Positions 9,640 to 17,520 of a DNA stretch of 64,000 bases are shown piece by piece. The number at the start of each line of letters is the position of its first letter. Position 1 is the stretch's first letter. The position numbers were made by a program, and so were the translations under genes. The DNA comes from a virus. Its lineage: Duplodnaviria; Caudoviricetes. Location: positions 245 to 64,244 of IMG/VR virus record IMGVR_UViG_3300020171_000025; one strand, written 5' to 3'. A model generated the notes under the pieces. It saw only the letters and a list, made by a program, of their open reading frames with translations, had not been told where the DNA came from and did not search any database.

Positions 9640-10696
9640 CAATTTGTTATCGTTGAGGCTCTTTATCCTCAACCTCTTGCGGTTCGCTATTCCCGCAAGT
9701 TCGGACTATCTCATCACCCTTGTAGAAAGTGCCGTCTTTCTTTTTAGACTTTCTTCCTTCACGTATTCTTGCCACCTCCCTGTAATGCTTTCGGGAATAA
9801 CAACGGGGACACAGTCCACCGTACCTTTTGGCATACACAGGAGAAGCACATTTAACGCAATGGGTTAGGGGTGCCCGGTGCTCGTGCAAACCAAGATTTG
9901 CCACATGAGCCAACTTATACATCATGGAAGGAATAATGTATGGCTGGACTAATCCGATAAATTCCCTACTATTTTTGGTATTAGCTTCAAGAAACCATTG
10001 TTTACCATCTGAACAGCGTTTATCGAATCGTGCGTTGAATGAAATTCCGTATTCTTCACTGAAATATTTTTGAAGAATCAGAACTTCTTCGTTACTACAC
10101 ATTGTGGCAATGTCGGTAGAAACTGAACTAACCCAACCTTCCTTGTTTCTGTTGATCCGTGCATGACCGTCGTCCATATACCAAAGTGCAATTCCTTCCG
10201 GTGTCAGCATATCCAATACGTGTCTCGAAAATGTTTTTTTCCCATTCGGATATAACCATTCTCTGAGTTGCTTGAAATATGGGTTTGACACAGAAAAGGC
10301 ACAGTATCGGTATTTGTTATTCGGACCATGCATCCCAAAGGATACTGAGAAATTTCCACCGAGATGCTTTTTAATTAATCCCGCCTTATGTTCGCAATAA
10401 TCTTTCTGTACAATTGAATGAAGTATTCTCATTTCCGAAGAAACATAATGATATTTATCTTTCATCCTGTAACGAACATTCAGGAAAGCATCACCGAGGA
10501 CCATTCCAACCAAAATACCTCTGGTTTCTACCTTCATCTCGTCTCCTATCGGGGCATAAAGCCCGGAGAATTAATCTTAGTTTGTAGTCTCTGAACCTTG
10601 TCCTTTCGGACCTTGGCTGCTGATTCCCATTTCAGGGTTCCAGCAATTCGCCGGGTTTGCACCGTTACGTTTCCGCAACGGGGGACTATGTTACTA
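9640..10696 (-). ncRNA. Group I self-splicing intron (1057 nt) in the major capsid gene
   Basis: Exon 1 ends in U and the intron ends in G. P1 GGAU|UA pairs with UAGUCC with the U-G wobble at the splice site. Core elements P AATTGCTGGAA, Q AATCAGCAG, R GTTCAGAGACTACA, S GAGATAGTCC, plus a P9 hairpin. Confidence 0.93.
9647..10537 (-). CDS. Intron-encoded LAGLIDADG homing endonuclease with a C-terminal Cys4 motif
   Basis: ILVGMVLGDA and GIALWYMDDG (two-motif, I-SceI-like), IIPSMMYKL, CVKC..CPRC; AGGAG RBS. Confidence 0.9.
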   Translation of the reverse strand: MKVETRGILVGMVLGDAFLNVRYRMKDKYHYVSSEMRILHSIVQKDYCEHKAGLIKKHLGGNFSVSFGMHGPNNKYRYCAFSVSNPYFKQLREWLYPNGKKTFSRHVLDMLTPEGIALWYMDDGHARINRNKEGWVSSVSTDIATMCSNEEVLILQKYFSEEYGISFNARFDKRCSDGKQWFLEANTKNSREFIGLVQPYIIPSMMYKLAHVANLGLHEHRAPLTHCVKCASPVYAKRYGGLCPRCYSRKHYREVARIREGRKSKKKDGTFYKGDEIVRTCGNSEPQEVEDKEPQR

Positions 10697-10834
10697 ATCC
10701 GTATTGCTTATGTCGCTTAAAAACAAAGCGTCAAAAAGTTTCTCGATTAGCTTGGGAGACCAAAGCGCGGGAATATAGTTACTGGTCCCTGTAGATGAAT
10801 AATCCGGGTATCCGGCTGCTCTTCCTACTGTCAT
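10697..10834 (-). CDS. Major capsid protein, exon 1 (46 codons)
   Basis: AGGAGG RBS, then MTVGRAAGYPDYSSTGTSNYIPALWSPKLIEKLFDALFLSDISNTD; too short for the ORF track. Confidence 0.9.
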
Positions 10835-10849
10835 TTGAATTTCCTCCTG

Positions 10850-11914
10850 TTATCCGCTAAGGAGAATCCCCCTTAGTCGGGCTTCTTCTTTCTTGTAATC
10901 GATATCCGAACCTGGATATCTCCTGTTGGCTTTCTGTCTTGCCATTTCCTCCAACCTCGCCCCAGCCTTCTCTTTACTCATTACCGGTTGACTAACAGTC
11001 GTTGAGGGTGCAGCACTCGAAGCCCTTGCGGGGGCTATGCGTGATGCAACCTTGCTCGGATTGATAGTCGCCGGGGTAGACGTAGTTGAAGGTTTCCCGT
11101 TGACACCAAGGAACACGTCAAAGAATTTGAGAATCCTTCGGCTGTCCCATTGTTCTAATGCGTTTTTCCAAAGTGCATAGCGGGGTAGACCGGACAGGGC
11201 ATCCTCTTCTTGCATAAACACAGAAAAGTCTGCTGATTTTTGAATCTCTCTCCAATCAGGTTTCCCATCCTTTCCCGAATACACTTTGTCCAAGTCTCCA
11301 TAAAAGGCAGACTGTTTTGTCTGTATCTTCTCTTTATGCTCAACCTCGAACTTCTGGTTGATTTGAGACTGAACACTTCCTATGGCTTCCTGAATCATTC
11401 CCCGGCAGACGATGACGGTTGCTTCATAAATTTCGTCATATTCCTTGGCGAATGCTTTGACTTTAGGATCGTCGGTTACGGACTTAGGGGTTGCAACGTC
11501 AATAGGCTTGCTATCGACAGGTTTGATCTCCCTCTGTGCCAACTCTTGAACCTGCTGACTCAGATATTCAACCCTTTCGGTAAGGGCCTTAGAAATCGGA
11601 ACTTCCGCTCGATACTTCCCGTCCATGACCTGATAACGATGCTCAGCTTCATCTAAAAGGCTTTTGGGCACCATTTCCTCTATGGGTTGAGCCGGTTCCT
11701 GCGGTTGAGGTTCGGCCTGTGCTACTGGTTCGATGACCCCTGGGGCCTGTTGTTCGGGTTCCACTACGGGTTGAGGTTCGATGGGAGCCACGGGTTCTTG
11801 AGGTGGTTGAGCCTCTTCCGGTGGTGTTCCCTCTGACAACTGTTTTCCCCGTTCCTCGATCAACTTATTCGCCCTTTCTACCGCTTCCCTGTCTTCTCTG
11901 CGTAACCTTGCCAT
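10850..11914 (-). CDS. Capsid scaffolding protein
   Basis: Glu/Pro/Gln-rich N-terminus, EHRYQVMDGKYRAEVP, PDWREI..S.DF..F; immediately upstream of the capsid gene. Confidence 0.8.
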   Translation of the reverse strand: MARLRREDREAVERANKLIEERGKQLSEGTPPEEAQPPQEPVAPIEPQPVVEPEQQAPGVIEPVAQAEPQPQEPAQPIEEMVPKSLLDEAEHRYQVMDGKYRAEVPISKALTERVEYLSQQVQELAQREIKPVDSKPIDVATPKSVTDDPKVKAFAKEYDEIYEATVIVCRGMIQEAIGSVQSQINQKFEVEHKEKIQTKQSAFYGDLDKVYSGKDGKPDWREIQKSADFSVFMQEEDALSGLPRYALWKNALEQWDSRRILKFFDVFLGVNGKPSTTSTPATINPSKVASRIAPARASSAAPSTTVSQPVMSKEKAGARLEEMARQKANRRYPGSDIDYKKEEARLRGILLSG

Positions 11915-12029
11915 GATCTTCTTCCCCTCTGGGAGCCGCCTTTACGGTCTTCCCTTCCCGTCTTTGCGGGAACTGCATTCATATTTTTCGGAGCCGACTT
12001 TTGACGGTCTTCCGAATTTGCAAGCTGAA

Positions 12030-12083
12030 TTAAAAAAGGCCCCGGCCAAGTACCAACAACGTTCTGGTACTCAGGCGGGGCCT
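12030..12083 (-). terminator. Long hairpin with U-tract inside the late operon
   Basis: Minus strand AGGCCC..GAGTACCA-loop-TGGTACT..GGGCCT-TTTTT, preceded by hairpin AACCCCTT..AAGGGGTT. Confidence 0.6.
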
Positions 12084-12134
12084 GTGAACCCCTTATCAAA
12101 GGGGTTAAGCGAACCGCTTTTAAATTACTTGTAT

Positions 12135-12335
12135 CTACTGCTTACGTCTCTTCAACGATTTCTCCACTTCGTACATATTCTTCGTAATGTAACGCCCACG
12201 GTCTATGTCGCTCAGACCACCCTTAGAAATATGAAGTTTGATGAATCCGTAAAACTCCTGATTGATTAGTCCAAGTTTTGAAAGTGATTCCATTAAGAGG
12301 TTTTCCCATTTCTGCCTGTCGTAAATAATCTCCAT
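12135..12335 (-). CDS. Small DUF2292/YezD-like protein
   Basis: FYGFIKLHISKGGL pattern; followed by a structured terminator region. Confidence 0.45.
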   Translation of the reverse strand: MEIIYDRQKWENLLMESLSKLGLINQEFYGFIKLHISKGGLSDIDRGRYITKNMYEVEKSLKRRKQ

Positions 12336-12547
12336 TACCTCTCCTGCTTGGTATAGTCCAGAAACTCATAAAGCTCTTTATTGCGTCCTGCATTATAAGA
12401 ATATGAAGAGGCATCGGGATTGTAATGCCCTTGTTCAAAGCATACATCTTTGTATGTTTCCCGAAACCATCTCATAATTTCATCCCAACTTGGATTATTG
12501 GAAAGGGACCGTATTGCCCTCTGAACATTTTCGTCAGGTTTCAACAT
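12335..12547 (-). CDS. Small head-module protein
   Basis: 70-aa helical ORF ending in NAGR...L.EFL, typical of small genes between portal and scaffold. Confidence 0.55.
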   Translation of the reverse strand: MLKPDENVQRAIRSLSNNPSWDEIMRWFRETYKDVCFEQGHYNPDASSYSYNAGRNKELYEFLDYTKQER

Positions 12548-12672
12548 GACTTCTTCTTACCCTTCCCCTGCCCTATGCGTGCATACACTTCCTGTTGCTT
12601 TTTACTAATTTTAACCTTTTTTGGCTTCTGAGAACGTTTTTGTACCATCTACTTCCTCCACTGCTGTTTCCA

Positions 12673-12945
12673 CTACCGTTTCCACTGTTGTTTCCACTGA
12701 AAGAAATTCCAAATGCAGACACCTAATAGGAGAACGTCAGCCACTACAAAAATGTATATGAACGGTATCAGGATATAGGCGATCCCGACTATAACGGCAG
12801 AGATTATCTTCCCAGGTAGAAGTCCAACGAAATTCAAAAATGGGTTAAGTTCTTTTCCGCCCTTATCCAGAATCTCCTGGGTAAGCAAGTAGTCAAGAAC
12901 GCTTAACCCGACATAGGCGATAATCAATCCGACGAGAAGTATCAC
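12673..12945 (-). CDS. Small membrane protein (DUF5658-like)
   Basis: LDYLLT...L..GG.ELNP motif with hydrophobic segments. Confidence 0.6.
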   Translation of the reverse strand: MILLVGLIIAYVGLSVLDYLLTQEILDKGGKELNPFLNFVGLLPGKIISAVIVGIAYILIPFIYIFVVADVLLLGVCIWNFFQWKQQWKR

Positions 12946-13247
12946 TTTATAATCTCCTCTTCGATAGGCAATCCCTCAATCGGTTTTATCTTCGCTGCAA
13001 CCGCTAATTCAATGGCCGCATCAATCGGCACTTTCTCTTCTGCGGTCAAGGATAGGTACTTGTCAGCCTTACCCCTGTCCACCGCAACCTTCGCCATTTC
13101 ATTCCATTGCGTGAAGTGTCCCTGATCCACCCGTTGAAGTAGGGTATCATTGTCGGCATCCCCGTCAATCGTGCGGATATAGTCCATTCCAAGTTCATCC
13201 TCATCTGTTGCTTTGACAATGTGATCCATATTGACCTCCTTAATCAC
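12942..13247 (-). CDS. Hypothetical protein
   Basis: Translationally coupled ORF; the true start may be the internal MDHIV with AGGAGG RBS. Confidence 0.55.
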   Translation of the reverse strand: MIKEVNMDHIVKATDEDELGMDYIRTIDGDADNDTLLQRVDQGHFTQWNEMAKVAVDRGKADKYLSLTAEEKVPIDAAIELAVAAKIKPIEGLPIEEEIIK

Positions 13248-14985
13248 CTAAAAAATACACAACATATGTTACGCCAGCCGAGTCATTCGGATCGAAGCTC
13301 GGATTGGTGTAGAACCATGCCCTGTCCGCTCCGCCTTTGGTCTTCAATATCTTTGCACCGGTGGAGGGAGGGTCGGTGACATTTTTCAAAGAATGCCCTG
13401 ACATTGTAAAATTCCCTACAACAGCAGGGTCTATCCTATATCCAACAGCCGTCAACAATGAAGACGTAACTGTCTTGTAAATTCCTGTTGTTGTTGATAC
13501 CGCAGTCTGAAAATCGACATATGTGGCAGCGGAAGACAAAATACCACTCTCTCCCATCCTGTACACAGGTGCGGTCCCAGAGTTTAATGTAATCGTATGC
13601 GCTAACTTGTACAGTTTCCCTAAAGTAATGGTCGCAAGCTTATAACAAATCCCTGGACCAGTAGTATTACCTGCTTCAGTGATTGATGAGCCTGCCCCTG
13701 GAGTCCATGTTTCATAAGGATAAGTAACATGATTTGTCCACCCATCAACTAACTCAGCATCCAAACTCTCCCCCGCCGGAGCCGAACTCGATATATGCCC
13801 CAACATCCCATATTTACCCGTGGCATTGTAGATCCCGATCATGTGACGGCCATCTTGGTAGGATGATAGATCTACTCCATTTAGCCAGACGAAGGCATTG
13901 GTGGTAGTAGTATCCAGTCTGGTATTCGCCTGTGTAACCGCTGTCGGTCCAGCCACAACAACAGCCGTGGTGGACTTGTAAATCTTGTAGGTGTAGCCGG
14001 AACTGCTATTCCAATTAAAGGCAGCGTTCTTGAACGCCCAGTTATACGTTACCCCGCCTTTGGTAGAGGTGATCGTTGCTCCTGTGGCAGAGGGGGTTAA
14101 TATCTGTTTCAAGGTGAAGTTGTCTATAATCCCCCTAAAATTGCTACCTGTCTTTGATACAAACCCGTTATCCTCTAAATTATGATTTCTGTAGATCGTA
14201 AATGTATCGGCTGTTGTGTGATCATCATCTAACGATGATGTTCCATTGAATAAATGCCTGTTCGTGCCAGAAACATATGAGGTTACGGTGTATGCCTGCT
14301 TGTATAAACCAAGTGCGATTCCTGTAATAGCAGGAGTATGTCTAACAATTGAATTATCTCCAGGAAACGCAGCTACAATAGTATTAGTCAATGCCCCTGC
14401 GCCGTTCACCCCAACAACCCAACCTGTCCCCTGTATCCAATTCGTAAACGTACATTTCTGAGCGCAACTTCCACCTGTGGTTTCGGCTGCACCATAGGCT
14501 GCTGTACTTAGAGAGGTCGTGTCATAAACCGTAGCAAGCTGAAATGTATCTCCTGAATTTGCTCTCAGTTGCCAATACTGAGTGTTCAACTCCGTCATCT
14601 GGGTCAGACCGGAGAAATAGATTATGTCTCCATTGGCGTACCCGTGTCCCGCTGTGAAAGTCACTACGCCTGGATTGGCCTTTGTGATACCAACAACGGA
14701 TTTGGCCGCCGCTTTCGTGACCGCTGCAAATCCTGGATCTGTCACTAACTCAGCGCTCGTTGTCTCAGCCGTCCCCGCAGCCTTGATCCATCCCGCTATC
14801 TTCCTGTTGGAGGAGTCGTAGATTTCCAGAAGATGGCCGATCTTGGCCGTTAGGACACCGGCAGCAGTGAAGTCCACAAACGCCCCACCACTGGCTGTGG
14901 CTCCACCGTTTACCCCCGAAAGTCTGGCGTTTGCTAAAGTGACGGTTCCACTGGCAACTAGTGTTAATGTCGATCTCTTCTTCAT
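13240..14985 (-). CDS. Fibre/receptor-binding-like virion protein with two duplicated modules
   Basis: Thr/Gly/Ala-rich beta protein; two copies of a module (V..ANxRL..AFV..G.I..A..E..ELV / P.TGA.I..TKGG...W....F..N...TY.[IV]Y). Confidence 0.65.
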   Translation of the reverse strand: MKKRSTLTLVASGTVTLANARLSGVNGGATASGGAFVDFTAAGVLTAKIGHLLEIYDSSNRKIAGWIKAAGTAETTSAELVTDPGFAAVTKAAAKSVVGITKANPGVVTFTAGHGYANGDIIYFSGLTQMTELNTQYWQLRANSGDTFQLATVYDTTSLSTAAYGAAETTGGSCAQKCTFTNWIQGTGWVVGVNGAGALTNTIVAAFPGDNSIVRHTPAITGIALGLYKQAYTVTSYVSGTNRHLFNGTSSLDDDHTTADTFTIYRNHNLEDNGFVSKTGSNFRGIIDNFTLKQILTPSATGATITSTKGGVTYNWAFKNAAFNWNSSSGYTYKIYKSTTAVVVAGPTAVTQANTRLDTTTTNAFVWLNGVDLSSYQDGRHMIGIYNATGKYGMLGHISSSAPAGESLDAELVDGWTNHVTYPYETWTPGAGSSITEAGNTTGPGICYKLATITLGKLYKLAHTITLNSGTAPVYRMGESGILSSAATYVDFQTAVSTTTGIYKTVTSSLLTAVGYRIDPAVVGNFTMSGHSLKNVTDPPSTGAKILKTKGGADRAWFYTNPSFDPNDSAGVTYVVYFLGD

Positions 14986-14988
14986 ATT

Positions 14989-16332
14989 CTACGCTCCACC
15001 ATCACTTGCGATTCCAACAATGGTATTTACCCTGTAATATCCTGTCGCCGTACTCTCTACGTAAAGCGTTGCATTTATCGAAGCATCTGTCGTCACACGA
15101 TTTCCAGCCGCCAAAGCAACCCCGTTCAAAATTATAATATCGCCTACCGTCTCAACGTCTAAACTAAATGCGGCAGCAGTAGTCGCAATAAATGTTCCGC
15201 AAAGTCCAACCGCAGCCGTAGGGAGATCAAGGGTATATGCCCCCGTCACAAGATGCGTCTGTCCTCTCATCTGTGCGGCGGTAACGTCGGCTGTGGCACC
15301 GTTGGTAAGGATGGAGGTTAGACCCTCTATCGCCCCAGGAGTAGTAGATTTTCCACCACTGGCCTGAAAGATTACATCCCCGTAAGTTCCCCCTGCGCCT
15401 GGAGTCCCACCCTGTAAGGTTAGATTTGCCCCTGCAACTCCACCGGTAGAAGAATCAGCGGCCTTTAATGTCTGTGCAGTAGCAGTGGCGGCATTAGCTC
15501 CGAGTTGAAGAGTAGCAGCACTGGCACGGGTAAATATTAGGTCTGAACCAGATCCCATACTAATCAGGTCGTTATAGACCCTTACCCCGGTAGAAAGAAC
15601 CCTGAATATTTGAGCACCAGATATCACAGAATCAACGGTGTTTGATCCGACGTATATACCAGTTGTAGGAGTTGTTCTGGATGCCAATGCTGGATAAGCA
15701 TAGTTTGAATATGGTAAAAGTATCTGACTCCTCACTATCAAATTTCCATCTACCGTCAAATCCCCAGTGGCATCGGTAAGGGCTTTGATCGAAATGGAAG
15801 AAATGACAATGTTCGATGTAGTCAACGGGGTAATAATCATCTGTGCTGTGGTGGAAGCCGTAATATAATCCGTGATGGATGTAGATACAGCGGAAGTGGC
15901 AATAGACGAACCTGTGACACCACCCAAAGTATATGAACAAGTTCCGGCTACCTGGGTATAGGTAATAACCACCTTATAGGTAACACCCGCAACGATGGCG
16001 GAAGCAAGAGTAGAGGTCAATGCCGTTGTGTTACCTGTAGCGTGTGTAATTACAACAGGTGTACCTGCAACTGTCCATTCTACTCCCCCCTCATCCCAGC
16101 CGGTAGCATCCCAGGTGATCTTTTCTGTTCCGAGAGTGGCCGGAACTATTAGATTATTTCCCGTTGCAAGAGATAAATTGGTAGCAGACGGTCTATATAA
16201 TCCGAGTGTGCTTTCCGAAGTAAAAGCCAAACTTGGGACTGTCGCGGAACCATCGGTAAGAAGTATCGGTCCAAGACAGGTTAGGTTAGTCCCATCCCAT
16301 GTTAATCCCCCAGAATAGGGGTTATGCGACAT
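14989..16332 (-). CDS. Tail fibre/spike-like protein
   Basis: DGSATVPSLAFTSESTLGLYRP (common fibre motif); YTLDLPTAAVGL C-terminal domain. Start assumed at MSHNP. Confidence 0.7.
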   Translation of the reverse strand: MSHNPYSGGLTWDGTNLTCLGPILLTDGSATVPSLAFTSESTLGLYRPSATNLSLATGNNLIVPATLGTEKITWDATGWDEGGVEWTVAGTPVVITHATGNTTALTSTLASAIVAGVTYKVVITYTQVAGTCSYTLGGVTGSSIATSAVSTSITDYITASTTAQMIITPLTTSNIVISSISIKALTDATGDLTVDGNLIVRSQILLPYSNYAYPALASRTTPTTGIYVGSNTVDSVISGAQIFRVLSTGVRVYNDLISMGSGSDLIFTRASAATLQLGANAATATAQTLKAADSSTGGVAGANLTLQGGTPGAGGTYGDVIFQASGGKSTTPGAIEGLTSILTNGATADVTAAQMRGQTHLVTGAYTLDLPTAAVGLCGTFIATTAAAFSLDVETVGDIIILNGVALAAGNRVTTDASINATLYVESTATGYYRVNTIVGIASDGGA

Positions 16333-16609
16333 TTGGATCTTGCACATCTTTGTTCTCCTCTTTTGGGGGTTCAAATTCTAAAGTGCCTGCCTGAAAATCT
16401 ACGTTGATATCCTGGTCTTGATTGAATCCATATTTCATAGAGAGACTATTAATCTGTTCTAACTTTTCCTTCTTGAACATCGAATTTTGAAAATCCATCA
16501 TTTGCAGATTCAGTTTTGTCTGTTGAATATTCTTCTCGACCTGTTGAATAAAACTCTCGATCATCGCCAATCTTTCTTTCTCGTGCTCCCCCAAAATTAC
16601 CTTTTCCAT
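16322..16609 (-). CDS. Small coiled-coil protein (possible fibre chaperone)
   Basis: Gln/Lys/Glu heptads; ends in KYG......VDFQAGTL. Confidence 0.55.
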   Translation of the reverse strand: MEKVILGEHEKERLAMIESFIQQVEKNIQQTKLNLQMMDFQNSMFKKEKLEQINSLSMKYGFNQDQDINVDFQAGTLEFEPPKEENKDVQDPNVA

Positions 16610-16628
16610 ATTTGCCCCCTTTTAAAAT

Positions 16629-17288
16629 TTACATTGTTGGAATGAGATAGGAAATCTCCAAGTAAGGTGTCCCCGAAGCCGCCTTTGCAAATAGCATCAA
16701 AGAGGATGTGCCCGTCAGTTTGTAAACCGCCACATCGTCAACCTTGCACACATTGGTATTAGTAGGCGTGAAAGCAAGGGCTGTAGTTGCGGTAGCCTTC
16801 ATGTATTCCTTCCATGTTCCGTCTGCCCCTCTCGCAACCCCATTCACCCCACCAAGTGAAGCGGTGATGGTATCCGTTGCGTAACTTGAAATTGTCCAGA
16901 CGATCTCGTAAACCTCATCGACTACACCTGCACAAGTAGACTGCGAAAGGGTAGTCGTCCCGGCCTGAAACTTACTGGCCTTGTTGGTGTCGTACTGCCA
17001 GGCCGTCCCTAATGTCCACCCTGTAGCCGCCCCGGTGAACGTTCCATTCGTAACCTTTGTCGCCCCACGTTGAGCACCTATAGGCTTCCCTTCCGGTTCA
17101 ATGACCAGACTCGACCCAGCTTTCAACGTCATATACGCCTGTGCCGGAGTAGGATCGTTCGACAGCAAGACATCCACCGCCGTCCTGCATTGAAGGAGAA
17201 TGGCATCGGGAATGGTATTCCCTAAGTCAATCAGACTGTAATTCGTTGCGTTCAAAAGAAGTGCGGAATAGAATTTGAAACTTTGCAT
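16629..17288 (-). CDS. Virion protein with an inserted carbohydrate-binding-like domain
   Basis: VTNGTFTGAATGWT..TLSQ..YEI..VDDV.V pattern inside a small beta protein. Confidence 0.6.
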   Translation of the reverse strand: MQSFKFYSALLLNATNYSLIDLGNTIPDAILLQCRTAVDVLLSNDPTPAQAYMTLKAGSSLVIEPEGKPIGAQRGATKVTNGTFTGAATGWTLGTAWQYDTNKASKFQAGTTTLSQSTCAGVVDEVYEIVWTISSYATDTITASLGGVNGVARGADGTWKEYMKATATTALAFTPTNTNVCKVDDVAVYKLTGTSSLMLFAKAASGTPYLEISYLIPTM

Positions 17289-17520
17289 CGGTCTTCTCCT
17301 TTACTGTAAATCTTTTTATCTTGCAGTTTCTATTACGGGATGTTTCCTCTCAAATATATCCATTTGTAATTTTCTTTCCCGTAAATTTTTAACCCTTGAT
17401 TCAATTTCTTCGATAATGCTGATAATCCCTCTCTCTGGGATTTCGATCTGAAACTCTCTCGGTATATACCCCTCTCCCACAAATTCCTTCATTTTTAAAT
17501 TGATTAGCATTTATCCCCGC

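Noticed and set aside
8836-9672. Track ORF as a complete 278-aa capsid protein starting MRIKSLNDNKL
   Set aside because: The first 11 codons are intron sequence; the real N-terminus is exon 1 at 10697-10834.
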